Part shown: positions 9,534 to 18,921 of the stretch, one piece after another
Position numbering within the stretch: the stretch's first letter is position 1
How the letters are laid out: every line of letters begins with the position of its first letter
Notes under the pieces: model-generated
The model's input: the letters and a program-made list of their open reading frames with translations, nothing else
Told to the model about the DNA's origin: nothing
Databases searched by the model: none
Assembly (NCBI GenBank): GCA_963796455.1
Contig: CAWCLO010000001.1
Span: 1,056,001 to 1,120,000, forward strand
DNA from: Candidatus Sulfomarinibacteraceae bacterium
GTDB taxonomy: Bacteria; Acidobacteriota; Thermoanaerobaculia; Thermoanaerobaculales; Sulfomarinibacteraceae
DNA: 64,000 nucleotides
Direction of reading: 5' to 3'
Made by a program: the position numbers and the translations under genes

Positions 9534-11201
9534 TCAGTATTTGAAGCTCGAACCACCGATGAATTCCCGGAGGAGTGACGTCTGCGGCACCTCGTCCGGG
9601 AAGATCGGCACGAAAATGGAGAGGTGTTTGAGCAACCGATAGGCTTCGGTATAGGCGGGGCTGCTCCTCGGGACCTGGAGGAGAAAGCGCTCGGCATAGA
9701 CCTTGAGAACGGCCGGTTCGTAGACCAGCGCCGAGTTGAACATGACATCCGCCTGCTCTTGAAATGGAAAGATCCACTTCCCTTCACCGCGGCGAACACT
9801 CTCCCAGAGCTGCAGCGTCCGCTCGGCGGTAAAGCCCCTGAAGAGGTGATCACGCACCAACCGTCTGATGAGGCGCGCGTCGGAGGTGAAAATGCGATTG
9901 TGATCATCGATCGCAAGCTGGGACAACGCTGAGATGAAGATGCGGAAACAATGCTCTTTTGGAACCGATTGGGTGAGGCGATCGTTGAGTCCGTGGATGC
10001 CTTCGACCACAAGGACCTGGTCGTCTCCAAGGCGCATCGGCACCCAGTTTTCATTTTTTTCACGCTGACCGGTGACAAAGTCGAATCGTGGAGTCCGTAC
10101 TTCTCTACCGGCCAGGAGATCCGCAAGTTGGCTGTGAAAAAGCTCGAGGTCGATGGCTTCCAGAGCCTCGAAGTCCAGATTTCCTTGTTCATCAAGGGGT
10201 GTATCTTCGCGATTGACATAATAATTGTCGAGCGATAGCGAAACCATTTCGATTCCGTTGACCATCAACTGGATGCCGAGACGTTTCGCAAAGGTCGTTT
10301 TGCCGGAAGATGACGGCCCAGCGATCGTCACCAATCGAACCCTCGGCTCGCGCGAAAGAATGTTGTCGGCCACCCGGGAGATCTTCTTCTCGTGTAAACC
10401 CTCTGCAATGCGCAGTATGTCTCGGATTTTACCGTCAAGACAGAGGCGATTCAGCTGGCCCACATTTTGCGCACCAAGCAGTTCTTGCCAGCGCCGGGTC
10501 TCGGCATAGGTTGCGTAGAGAAGTGGACGGGGCGAAAAACGAGGCAGATGATTGCGGTCCGCCCGGCGGGGAAAACGCAACATCAACCCGTCTTCGTAGG
10601 GAATCACCCCAAAGGTCGGACAACACCCGGTGTGCGGGGCGTACGGCCCGTAGGCAAGGTCTCTGAATTGCCCACAGGTGATGACATGAACGGTTGACGA
10701 GCGGCGAGTTGCGAGGAGCCCGAGCTTGTCTTCGCAACCGTTCACACGACAATATTTCTCCGCCTCTTCGATGGTCACCGTCAAGCGGTGAAAAGTCCTG
10801 GATTCCTGGTGGATGAGGCGCATCGCCTCCTCGATAGCCGGCGCCATTTCCTCCAGATCCGGGTGGGTTCCGCGAAGCTGATAGTGATAGCAGTTGCCGA
10901 GGCTTTGCCCGATGACGGTGCGTGCCTCCGGATACAACATCCGGCAAGCTTCGTTGAACATCAGGCTCACCGACCGCTTGTAAACCGACTCACCACCCCG
11001 GTCTCCGTAACAGACGAGTTCCAGATCCACTTCACCACGAAGCGGGAAATCGAGCATCACCTGTCGGCGATTGACCAGGGCGCAGAGCACTGTGTCGGGA
11101 ACGCTGCCGTTGATTCCACGAAGAAATTCGTCGACGCGGATACCGGACTCCACGCGTCGGATCTCACCTTGATATCGAACCTCAACCCGGTTGTTTTTCA
11201 T
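9534..11201 (-). CDS. Nucleoside (uridine) kinase family protein with ThrRS-like N-terminal domains
   Basis: P-loop AGPSSSGKTT, LSLDNYY, VEGIHGLN, DVMFNSALVYE. Start at ATG 11201 after GGAG; alternative 11243. Confidence 0.88.
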   Translation of the reverse strand: MKNNRVEVRYQGEIRRVESGIRVDEFLRGINGSVPDTVLCALVNRRQVMLDFPLRGEVDLELVCYGDRGGESVYKRSVSLMFNEACRMLYPEARTVIGQSLGNCYHYQLRGTHPDLEEMAPAIEEAMRLIHQESRTFHRLTVTIEEAEKYCRVNGCEDKLGLLATRRSSTVHVITCGQFRDLAYGPYAPHTGCCPTFGVIPYEDGLMLRFPRRADRNHLPRFSPRPLLYATYAETRRWQELLGAQNVGQLNRLCLDGKIRDILRIAEGLHEKKISRVADNILSREPRVRLVTIAGPSSSGKTTFAKRLGIQLMVNGIEMVSLSLDNYYVNREDTPLDEQGNLDFEALEAIDLELFHSQLADLLAGREVRTPRFDFVTGQREKNENWVPMRLGDDQVLVVEGIHGLNDRLTQSVPKEHCFRIFISALSQLAIDDHNRIFTSDARLIRRLVRDHLFRGFTAERTLQLWESVRRGEGKWIFPFQEQADVMFNSALVYEPAVLKVYAERFLLQVPRSSPAYTEAYRLLKHLSIFVPIFPDEVPQTSLLREFIGGSSFKY

Positions 11202-11312
11202 AAGGCTCCAGTTTCGCGTCAATGGCCTGGTCCACCGGACCATGGAAGATCATAGACCAGCCTCGATTCAGTCTGCGCTATAGTTGGCGGGTCTCTCTCG
11301 ATAGGTGACATT

Positions 11313-11690
11313 ATGACTCAGAAAAAACCAAGCAAATCGATGGCCTGTCCAGCGTGGCTCGAGGTCGACGCCAGTGGCGAATGGAGCCGGGTTTTGCGGG
11401 CGGGAGTGAAGGAGGGTGTCGACGCAGATGCGATCACCGCCTATTGCACCAGCTTCGCACTATGGCGGCGGGTCGATGCCTTGATTCAAACTCTGGAGGA
11501 ACACGACGTCCTTTCCTGGACCCACCCCGACGGCCGCCCCCGCCAGCATCCGGCGCTGGCCATCGAGGCCCGTCTGACGGCGGATCTCACCGAGCTCGCC
11601 AAAACAATCGGCCTCGAGGACAACGGCCTCGACGGACGGCATCCGACGCGAATTCTGGTTCTCGACGAGGGGCCATCGGACCACATATGA
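11313..11690 (+). CDS. Phage terminase small subunit-like protein (P27 family), orphan
   Basis: Pattern P.WL...A..EW, D...I.AYC, G....HPA, L....GL resembles P27-type small terminases. Confidence 0.65.
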   Translation: MTQKKPSKSMACPAWLEVDASGEWSRVLRAGVKEGVDADAITAYCTSFALWRRVDALIQTLEEHDVLSWTHPDGRPRQHPALAIEARLTADLTELAKTIGLEDNGLDGRHPTRILVLDEGPSDHI

Positions 11691-11752
11691 TGAGATTTCT
11701 GCTCTGGTCCACGGTGCGCAACGGCCCTTGGGACCACGACCGGAGCAAGGGA

Positions 11753-11780
11753 TTGCAGAAAAATCGGGCTGCCGTATACT
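11753..11780 (+). promoter_or_regulatory. Sigma70-type promoter
   Basis: TTGCAG-16 nt-TATACT. Confidence 0.45.
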
Positions 11781-11786
11781 GAAGAT

Positions 11787-11862
11787 TCTTTTAAGGCGCC
11801 CATGCCATACCGAAGGGTGGTCGAGTCAGTCGGCTTTACGGGGGCATGGGCGCTATTTTTTT
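11787..11862 (+). ncRNA. Candidate small RNA / long terminator-like hairpin
   Basis: 11-bp stem GCGCCCATGCC/GGCATGGGCGC followed by TATTTTTTT, directly downstream of the promoter above; no convincing ORF. Confidence 0.4.
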
Positions 11863-11865
11863 GCA

Positions 11866-11944
11866 GCTAGATGCTAGATGCTAGATGCTAGATGCTAGAT
11901 GCTAGATGCTAGATGCTAGATGCTAGATGCTAGATGCTAGATGC
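11866..11944 (+). repeat. Perfect heptamer tandem repeat (GCTAGAT)x11
   Basis: Directly visible; an inverted related array (ATCCAGC)n lies at about 12036-12060. Confidence 0.98.
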
Positions 11945-12093
11945 GGCAGGATCGTCGATTGTCCCCGACCGATGTCAAGAGCATTTCTGAAATCTCGATG
12001 ATCTGCCGATTGCAGCGGTTGAGGAAAGTGGCTGAATCCAGCATCCAGCATCCAGAATCTTCTTCGGCGGGTTCGGCGGGATGCCGCGACCCT

Positions 12094-12219
12094 TCAGCTC
12101 TTCTTGATCTTCTGGGGATCGCAGACTTTGTCCTTTTTCTTGCCGACAGCGCCGCAGTCCTTGCAGCGAAATCGGCCAGGCTTCGGCTTGACCTTTGATT
12201 GGCCCTTCTTACAACTCAT
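12094..12219 (-). CDS. Small Lys/Cys-rich protein (41 aa), possible zinc binder
   Basis: MSCKKG...FRCKDCG...KVCDP; a TATAAT hexamer lies 9 nt upstream of the ATG. Confidence 0.6.
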   Translation of the reverse strand: MSCKKGQSKVKPKPGRFRCKDCGAVGKKKDKVCDPQKIKKS

Positions 12220-12298
12220 GACAACGAGATTATATCTCAGGAACTGGTGGTGATCCAGTGGCGTTCGAGCTAGAATCTTCGTTCGGCGGAGGCCTTCG

Positions 12299-12985
12299 AT
12301 GATGCAGATCCCAGAGTGGTACACCGGCAGCGACGAGACAGGGCGCGTTGCTGCAGGAATCGAACGGGCCATCGAACGGATGGACGATAGAACGGCCGAC
12401 CACACCGACATCAAGGATCTTCAGGCCTTGCTCGCAAAGGAGCAAGAAGAGAACTGGCGCAATTTCCTGTGCGGTCTGATGGGCACGATCTACTACGATC
12501 TCGAGGAGATCGACAGCGCACAGAAAATGCTCGAAGAATCGGTGACCAATTACAAGGCCTATCTTTCAACCTTTGACGAGGTGCTCAGCGTCTACTGCCA
12601 ATCGTGCTACACCCTCGGTGTGATTCTCTTCGACGATCGCCGCTACGGTGAGGCGGTTCCCTACTTCTTCCGCTGCCTGCCCTATATGCACGAGGTCTAC
12701 GACGAAACCTATATCGGTCATATCTACACATTTCTGGCGCTCTGTCTGAGTTGGACGAATCAGGCGGGGTACAGCGTGGTCTTTTCTGAAGCCGCAGCTT
12801 TCACACGACGGTACGACTGCGAATCTCTCGAGCAACTGATGGTCGCCTTTGGCGACGTCGGTGAGATCAGCAAGGCCACGGACGTTTTTCAGCTCCTCCA
12901 GCGCCACTGCCAGGATTACGAGCACTACGATCGAGTACTCGAGTATGCCGACCAGAATCTCGGCGAATCAGGGATCGTCAACTAG
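12299..12985 (+). CDS. TPR-like hypothetical protein
   Basis: 228-aa helical ORF with TPR-like patterns (MGTIYY, LGVILF); GGAGG RBS. Confidence 0.7.
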   Translation: MMQIPEWYTGSDETGRVAAGIERAIERMDDRTADHTDIKDLQALLAKEQEENWRNFLCGLMGTIYYDLEEIDSAQKMLEESVTNYKAYLSTFDEVLSVYCQSCYTLGVILFDDRRYGEAVPYFFRCLPYMHEVYDETYIGHIYTFLALCLSWTNQAGYSVVFSEAAAFTRRYDCESLEQLMVAFGDVGEISKATDVFQLLQRHCQDYEHYDRVLEYADQNLGESGIVN

Positions 12986-13003
12986 CCCGCATATCCCACC
13001 AGA

Positions 13004-13555
13004 TCAGGCAGCCGGTTTCGCGCGAAGGCTCAAGACTCCCCTGAAAGCATCCCGATACGCCCACGCAAGGAAGACCTCGAGCACCAGCACCAGAATCGCG
13101 ATCGGCATGCCAGCCGGGTCGAGAAAAATGTTGATCTTGATCTCGACCTGTGGAATCCGGATCCTTTTCCGGCGCGCCAGTCGTGCTTCCGGGTCTTCGC
13201 CGTCGAAATCTGAAGCGCTGATATCGAAAACCGTATTCTCGGCATCATCCATGGTGAAAACGTTGACGACGGCGTGATCATGCCGATCGATCTTCGAGAC
13301 GGCAAACGGCACTCCATCGCACTGGGCGCAGACGAAGAAATCGGCCGTCGAGGTCCCGAAACGGTATCGGCTGAGGAAATGTCCATCCTCGTCGGTGGCA
13401 GATAACCGGGCGCCGGAATGGGATATATGGGTTGCCCGGCGGGGACGGCAGAACGAACAGGAACAGGCTCGGGCCACGATCGATTCGCCACCGTCGGGCC
13501 ACTGTAGTCGATATCGGATACTTCGACAGTGGCAAACACCCGCGAAAATTCGCAT
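13004..13555 (-). CDS. GFA/CENP-V family zinc protein with foreign hydrophobic tail (possibly chimeric or decaying)
   Basis: GVCHC, CSCSFC, YRFGT..A.F..C..C, AVVNV; the tail FLDPAG...LAWAYR is unrelated to GFA. Confidence 0.65.
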   Translation of the reverse strand: MRIFAGVCHCRSIRYRLQWPDGGESIVARACSCSFCRPRRATHISHSGARLSATDEDGHFLSRYRFGTSTADFFVCAQCDGVPFAVSKIDRHDHAVVNVFTMDDAENTVFDISASDFDGEDPEARLARRKRIRIPQVEIKINIFLDPAGMPIAILVLVLEVFLAWAYRDAFRGVLSLRAKPAA

Positions 13556-13617
13556 CGAGAGGGAGTTCGTCCGTTGTGGATCTGGACCCAAGCAACCCCG
13601 ATCCCGTGAGCCACGGA

Positions 13618-13806
13618 TCACGGCACGATATTTCCGTAGGAAATCCAGTGATAGATGACGTAGAACCAGCTGAGAAAGGCGTGGAGCAGAGCCCACAGAA
13701 CACTGTGGTTTACATTCCAGCTGAGCAGGGCGGCGAGCACCGCTCCGATACTTCCAAAAATTCCTCCGCCGCAGCACCCGCAACCCTTGGCGTTGTGATC
13801 ACTCAT
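13618..13806 (-). CDS. Small membrane protein (62 aa)
   Basis: GAGGAG RBS; hydrophobic LSWNVNHSVLWALLH..LSWFYVIY pattern; Cys-rich N-terminus. Confidence 0.7.
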   Translation of the reverse strand: MSDHNAKGCGCCGGGIFGSIGAVLAALLSWNVNHSVLWALLHAFLSWFYVIYHWISYGNIVP

Positions 13807-13900
13807 TTCTCGACTCCTCAGGAAATCATACGACGATCAGAACCCATTCATTCCCAGGCCCCAGGCGCCTTCAGCAATCGCCTCGTTCCGGGGAAACGCG

Positions 13901-14152
13901 TCAGGCTTTTTTGATCAGGCGGATGACAAAAAGCAACAGGCATGCACCGACGAACGCGGTGATGATCGCCCCGACAATTCCGCCCGTTGTGATACCGAGG
14001 AAGCCAAAGAGCCAGCCACCAATGACGGCACCAATGATCCCGATGACGATATCACCCAGGAGCCCGAAACCGCCGCCCTTCATGGCCACACCGGCAAGCC
14101 AACCGGCCACCGCACCTATCGCCAAAAAAATCAGCAAACTCATGAGATCCAT
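13901..14152 (-). CDS. GlsB/YeaQ/YmgE family (transglycosylase-associated) membrane protein
   Basis: IGAVAGWLAG..MKGGGFGLLGDIVIGIIGA; GGAGGA RBS before ATG 14152. Confidence 0.9.
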   Translation of the reverse strand: MDLMSLLIFLAIGAVAGWLAGVAMKGGGFGLLGDIVIGIIGAVIGGWLFGFLGITTGGIVGAIITAFVGACLLLFVIRLIKKA

Positions 14153-14274
14153 TTCCTCCTCCATTTCTCCGGCCGTCGAATTCAGCTGGGTCAGACTGTG
14201 CCAAAACGAGAGCCGGATGGCCACACACTGGTGAATGTTGTGCATACCGTAGCACAGCGGGAGGCAGGTCAGGA

Positions 14275-14646
14275 CTACTGGGCCCTGATGTTGGTGATGG
14301 TTTCAGGACGAGGTAGGCGGACCCGTTTTGCTCCGTCCCAAGGGTGAATCTCGAGTCCGCTCAACCTGCCGCCGCTGACCCAGAGGATCACCGAAACCGG
14401 CACCCCGTCCGGCGATTCGGCATCGGCCATGACCAAAGGTGTCGGACGCCCCTCTCGAGAGGCATGTTTGACCGTCAGATCAACGCTTAGACAACCACAG
14501 AGACACGAACCGACAACCTCGACGTCCTGGATCTGACCCAGATACCTTCCGGCGCGGCCCCGTGCCGCACCGAGCAGGGCCTCGATCAGCTCGAGTTCTT
14601 CTTCCTCGAGAGGCCGAGTCGGAGTGTTGGCTTGGTCTCCGGTCAT
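14275..14646 (-). CDS. Hypothetical protein
   Basis: 123-aa ORF with a CxCGC motif and protein-like composition. Confidence 0.65.
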   Translation of the reverse strand: MTGDQANTPTRPLEEEELELIEALLGAARGRAGRYLGQIQDVEVVGSCLCGCLSVDLTVKHASREGRPTPLVMADAESPDGVPVSVILWVSGGRLSGLEIHPWDGAKRVRLPRPETITNIRAQ

Positions 14647-14893
14647 TATCCGATACCCCGATCAGGCGAAGGGCCGGAGCAATCCACTGGGTCGCCGAGG
14701 CCCTCCGATGCCGCTTCACCCACACCGATAGTTTCGATCACAGGGGAGGTACGTGAGAACATCAACCGGGTTCTCAAGCTGCGCGAGAAGATCGTCTGAA
14801 CGGGAAAAATTCCCGTTTCCGCCTTCAATACCCTCCCTACTTCTGGGTCAGTCCGCGCTAGAATCCACGCAGGAATCGACCAGAGGAGGCAGC

Positions 14894-16690
14894 ATGGAGA
14901 AAACGCTCAACGAGCGTTTCATGACGATCGTCGAGAACTGCGGCGACCAGACCTTGTTTCGAGTCAAGCTCGGCGGCGAGTGGCGGGCCCGTACTTTTGA
15001 CTGGGCCCTGGAGCAGGTGAGACTGACTTCCTTCGGCCTTCTGAGTCTGCAGGCCGCTCCCGGTGCAAGGGTCGCGATTCTGTCCGAAAACCGACCCGAG
15101 TGGGCAACCACTGATTTCGCCATCATGGCAGCAGGCCTGGTGAGTGTCCCCCTTTACACCACGCTGATCCCGGAGCAAATCGCCTACATCCTTCGCGACG
15201 CAGAGGCCAACCTCGTTTTTGTCTCGAACATGGATCACCTCGCGACCATCCTCTCGATCCGGGACTCCGTCCCATCGCTGCAAAAAATCGTCGTGTTCTA
15301 CCCCGAAGACCTGCAAGAGGACGAAACCGTTATCAGCCTCAACACGCTGCAGGATCTGGGTGCAGTCCACAGCCGCGACGAATTCGTCGAACTTTCGAAG
15401 CGAGCCCAACCAGACGACATTCTGACAATCGTCTACACCTCGGGAACCACCGGCGAACCGAAGGGCGTGGTCCTCACGCACCGCGGGTTCTGCGCGGAAT
15501 TCGACACGATCCAACCCTTTTTCGAGGGCGAAGCCGGTGACAGTCTGATTTCCTTTCTGCCCCTTTCCCACATCCTGCAACGGGTCGTCGACACCTTTGC
15601 CCTGCTCCATGGTTTCGAGATTGCATATGCCGAGAGCCTGGAGACTCTGGGAGAAAACCTGCGTGAGATCCGGCCTTCCCACATCGTTGCCGTGCCGCGG
15701 GTCTATGAAAAAATCCACGGAAGGATCCACGGCGGACTCCAGCGCGGCCCGGCGTTCAAACGGGCTCTCTTCGAGTGGGCGACCCGGATCGGTCGACGGA
15801 TCAGTCAGGTTGGAGGGCCGGAAGCCGCCGGAACCCTCCTGACGCTGCAACACGCCGTTGCCAACGCCCTGGTCTTCAAAAAGATCTCGGCCGCAACCGG
15901 CGGCAATCTGCGCTACTACGTCTCAACCGGTGCACCGCTGGCCAAGGGACTGGCGGAATTCTTCGATGCCGTCGGGATCCGCATCATCGAGGCATGGGGA
16001 ATGACCGAATTGACCGGAGCCGCCACCGCGAACACCTGGACCGACTGCCGGTTCGGGAGCGTCGGAAAACCCGGGCCGGGGGTCGAGATCCGAATTTCCG
16101 ATGATGGCGAAATCCATGTTCGAGGCGAAATCGTCATGCGCGGGTATTGGCGAAAACCGGAGGCCACAGCGGAGACCATCGACGACGACGGCTGGCTCCA
16201 CACCGGCGACGTCGGTCATATCGACGAGGATGGTTTTCTTCACATCACCGACCGGATCAAAGAGCTGATCGTCACCGCCGCGGGCAAAAACGTAGCCCCT
16301 CAACCGCTCGAAAACGCCCTCAAAACCCACGAACTCATCGCCCAGGCCATGGTGATCGGCGACCGTCGGAATTTCATCAGCGCAATCGTCGTGCCCCAGG
16401 CCGAGGTCCTTCAAGCGACGGCCGGGGAGCTGGGTCAGGATGGCGATCTCGAAGCTCTTTGTGAAAATGAAGAGGTTCGTAACCTCTACCGCCTCGCGAT
16501 CGAAGAAAAAATGGACGGTTTTTCGCGCTACGAAACGGTCCGGAAATTCGTTCTGGTTCCATCGGAGTTCAGTCAGGAGGCCGGTGAGCTGACGCCGACT
16601 CTCAAGCTCAAACGCCGGGTGCTGTTGCAGAAATACGCCGACCTCATCGATACCATGTACTCCGACAAAGGTGTTACAGCAGGGAATTGA
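14894..16690 (+). CDS. Long-chain fatty acid--CoA ligase
   Basis: YTSGTTGEPKG, WGMTE, GWLHTGDVG, ITDRIKELIVTAAGKNVAP; GGAGG RBS. Confidence 0.93.
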   Translation: MEKTLNERFMTIVENCGDQTLFRVKLGGEWRARTFDWALEQVRLTSFGLLSLQAAPGARVAILSENRPEWATTDFAIMAAGLVSVPLYTTLIPEQIAYILRDAEANLVFVSNMDHLATILSIRDSVPSLQKIVVFYPEDLQEDETVISLNTLQDLGAVHSRDEFVELSKRAQPDDILTIVYTSGTTGEPKGVVLTHRGFCAEFDTIQPFFEGEAGDSLISFLPLSHILQRVVDTFALLHGFEIAYAESLETLGENLREIRPSHIVAVPRVYEKIHGRIHGGLQRGPAFKRALFEWATRIGRRISQVGGPEAAGTLLTLQHAVANALVFKKISAATGGNLRYYVSTGAPLAKGLAEFFDAVGIRIIEAWGMTELTGAATANTWTDCRFGSVGKPGPGVEIRISDDGEIHVRGEIVMRGYWRKPEATAETIDDDGWLHTGDVGHIDEDGFLHITDRIKELIVTAAGKNVAPQPLENALKTHELIAQAMVIGDRRNFISAIVVPQAEVLQATAGELGQDGDLEALCENEEVRNLYRLAIEEKMDGFSRYETVRKFVLVPSEFSQEAGELTPTLKLKRRVLLQKYADLIDTMYSDKGVTAGN

Positions 16691-16692
16691 CC

Positions 16693-18825
16693 TCAATCGG
16701 CCGCTTCGACCCGAACCGGCACACCGTTGAGGACCGCATTCCCGCAGAGCTCGTCGACGACCAGGTTGTCGGTGAGATCGTTGGCGCTTGCTACCGATCG
16801 ATCCTCACCGGAGCCGGCCCACCGCCGGCCCCAACCGTGCGGCAAGCTGACAACACCCGGCGCCATATCGTCGTTGATCTCGAGAGCGGCCTCGACACGA
16901 CCGGTCCGTGAAATGACCACAACCCGATCACCGTGGTCGAGGCCGATCGGCGCTGCATCACCGGAATTCATCATGAGCGTGCATCGGTCCCGGCCGCGCG
17001 TCAGACGCGGAAAACGGTGCATCCACGAGTTGTTGCTCCGGAGATGCCGGCGGCCTATGAGGAGCAGTCTCTCGTCGTCGGGGAGATGGCCGATCTTCTC
17101 TCTGAGTCGCTCGAGATCATCGAGGAAGACGACCGGTCCCAGATCGATCTTCCGGTCCATTGTTCGCAGACGATCCGGCAGACAGGGAACGAGCGGGCCG
17201 AGGTCGATACCGTGGGCTTGTTTTTCCAGCCTGTCGAGGTTCATTCCGTCAGCAAAGGGCCGGAAACCCGCGCCGTAGGGCCCCGAACGCAACCCGAAAT
17301 CGAGGATCCGCCTCGGCCCGAGCACCGCATTCAGCCGGCGTTTGAACCGGAGCAACGGCGAATCACCATCGAGGCGCTGCCGAAGCTCTTCCAGGATCTG
17401 CCAATCGTGGCGGGCCTCCGGTACGGGTTCAAAGATCGCCGGTGAATAGCGGGCCACATTGCGGACCGCCAAAAGATTGAATACCAGATCGTAGTGATCG
17501 TGTTCGAGGGCTGACGTCGGTGGCAGGATGATCTCGGCATACCGGGTCGTTTCGTTGACGTAGAAATCGATGGCCACCATAAAATCCAGATCGGCGATTG
17601 CGCGTTCGACCTCAACGCCGTTGGGGGTCGACAGCACCGGGTTGCCGGCGATTGTCATCAGCGCCCGAACCTGCCCCGATCCAGGAGTCAGGATCTCCTC
17701 CGCCAGCGCAGCCACCGGGAATTCGCCGCCGAACTCGGGGAGACCGCGTACCCGGCTGTGACGGTGCCCCAATCTTCCCGGAGCGGTATTCGAGACCAGA
17801 TCCACCGCCGGCCGGGAGAACATGGCCCCTCCCGGACGATCGAGATTGCCGGTGACGATGTTGATGGCGTTGACGAGCCACTGGCAGAGGCCACCGAATT
17901 CCTGCGTCGAGACACCCATCCGTCCGTAACACACGGCTGACTGGGCAGCGACGAAGTCCCGCGCCATGCGACGCAAGGCCTCGGCCTCGATGCCCGTTAT
18001 TGTCGTGACAGACTCCGGGCTGAATTCGGCGGTCGCCTGGCGAAGCGCGTCGATTGACTCAACGATGTTTTCGAGGCGTCCCGGGTTCTCGAGACCCTCG
18101 TGGAAGATGACGTGCAGCAGCGCCATCAGAAGATAAGCGTCGGTGCCGGGGCGGATGAAAAAGTGTTCATCAGCCATCCGTGCTGTCTCGGTCCGGCGCG
18201 GATCGACCACGATCAGACGCCCACCGCGTGCCTGCAACTCCTCGAGCCTCCGTTTGAAGCCCGGCGCGGTCATCATGCTGCCGTTCGACACCACCGGGTT
18301 GGCGCCCAGGATCAACAGATGGGATGTCCGATCGATATCGGGTATGGGCAGCAGCAGTTTGTGACCGAACATCAATGTGGCGGCCACATGATGAGGGAGT
18401 TGATCTACGGAGGTGGCCGAATACCGGTTGTGGGTACCGAGGCATCTGATGAGGGCCGGGGCAAAAAGCAGGGATCCCCAGTTGTGAACGTTGGGGTTTC
18501 CGAGATAGACGGCCAAAGCGTCACGACCGTGGGCTTTCTGAACCGACCGGAGACGATCCGCGACTTCATCGAGGGCCTCGTCCCAAGCGATGGGTTGCCA
18601 CCCTCCACTCTGTCGCCGCATCGGTTGGCGCAACCTCTCGGGATCCTTGTGGATATCTTGCAACGCGACCGCTTTGGGGCAGATGTGGCCGCGGCTGAAG
18701 GGATCATCCTTGTCGCCACGAATGGCGATGATTTCGCTTCCATCCACCTCGATGGCAAGGCCGCAAATGGCTTCGCAGAGGTTGCAGGCCCGAAAATGGG
18801 TTGAGATTTGTGTGCGGTCGGACAT
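16693..18825 (-). CDS. Molybdopterin oxidoreductase family protein (N-terminal 4Fe-4S)
   Basis: CNLCEAICG...GHICPK, VDPRRTETA, IRPGTDA and a C-terminal molybdopterin-binding domain (VSLPHGWG). Confidence 0.92.
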   Translation of the reverse strand: MSDRTQISTHFRACNLCEAICGLAIEVDGSEIIAIRGDKDDPFSRGHICPKAVALQDIHKDPERLRQPMRRQSGGWQPIAWDEALDEVADRLRSVQKAHGRDALAVYLGNPNVHNWGSLLFAPALIRCLGTHNRYSATSVDQLPHHVAATLMFGHKLLLPIPDIDRTSHLLILGANPVVSNGSMMTAPGFKRRLEELQARGGRLIVVDPRRTETARMADEHFFIRPGTDAYLLMALLHVIFHEGLENPGRLENIVESIDALRQATAEFSPESVTTITGIEAEALRRMARDFVAAQSAVCYGRMGVSTQEFGGLCQWLVNAINIVTGNLDRPGGAMFSRPAVDLVSNTAPGRLGHRHSRVRGLPEFGGEFPVAALAEEILTPGSGQVRALMTIAGNPVLSTPNGVEVERAIADLDFMVAIDFYVNETTRYAEIILPPTSALEHDHYDLVFNLLAVRNVARYSPAIFEPVPEARHDWQILEELRQRLDGDSPLLRFKRRLNAVLGPRRILDFGLRSGPYGAGFRPFADGMNLDRLEKQAHGIDLGPLVPCLPDRLRTMDRKIDLGPVVFLDDLERLREKIGHLPDDERLLLIGRRHLRSNNSWMHRFPRLTRGRDRCTLMMNSGDAAPIGLDHGDRVVVISRTGRVEAALEINDDMAPGVVSLPHGWGRRWAGSGEDRSVASANDLTDNLVVDELCGNAVLNGVPVRVEAAD

Positions 18826-18921
18826 TGATCCACGGAGAATTGTATAGGGTCCCGGGCTCCGCTACAGTGCCAACGACCGCAGCGATTTGTTGACCGCCCG
18901 ACAACCACTCCGGAGGAATCC

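Noticed and set aside
11866..11944. CRISPR array
   Set aside because: Spacer-less 7-mer tandem repeat; no cas genes in the window.
11313..14646. Prophage or genomic island
   Set aside because: Only one phage-like gene; no integrase, att site or structural genes seen.
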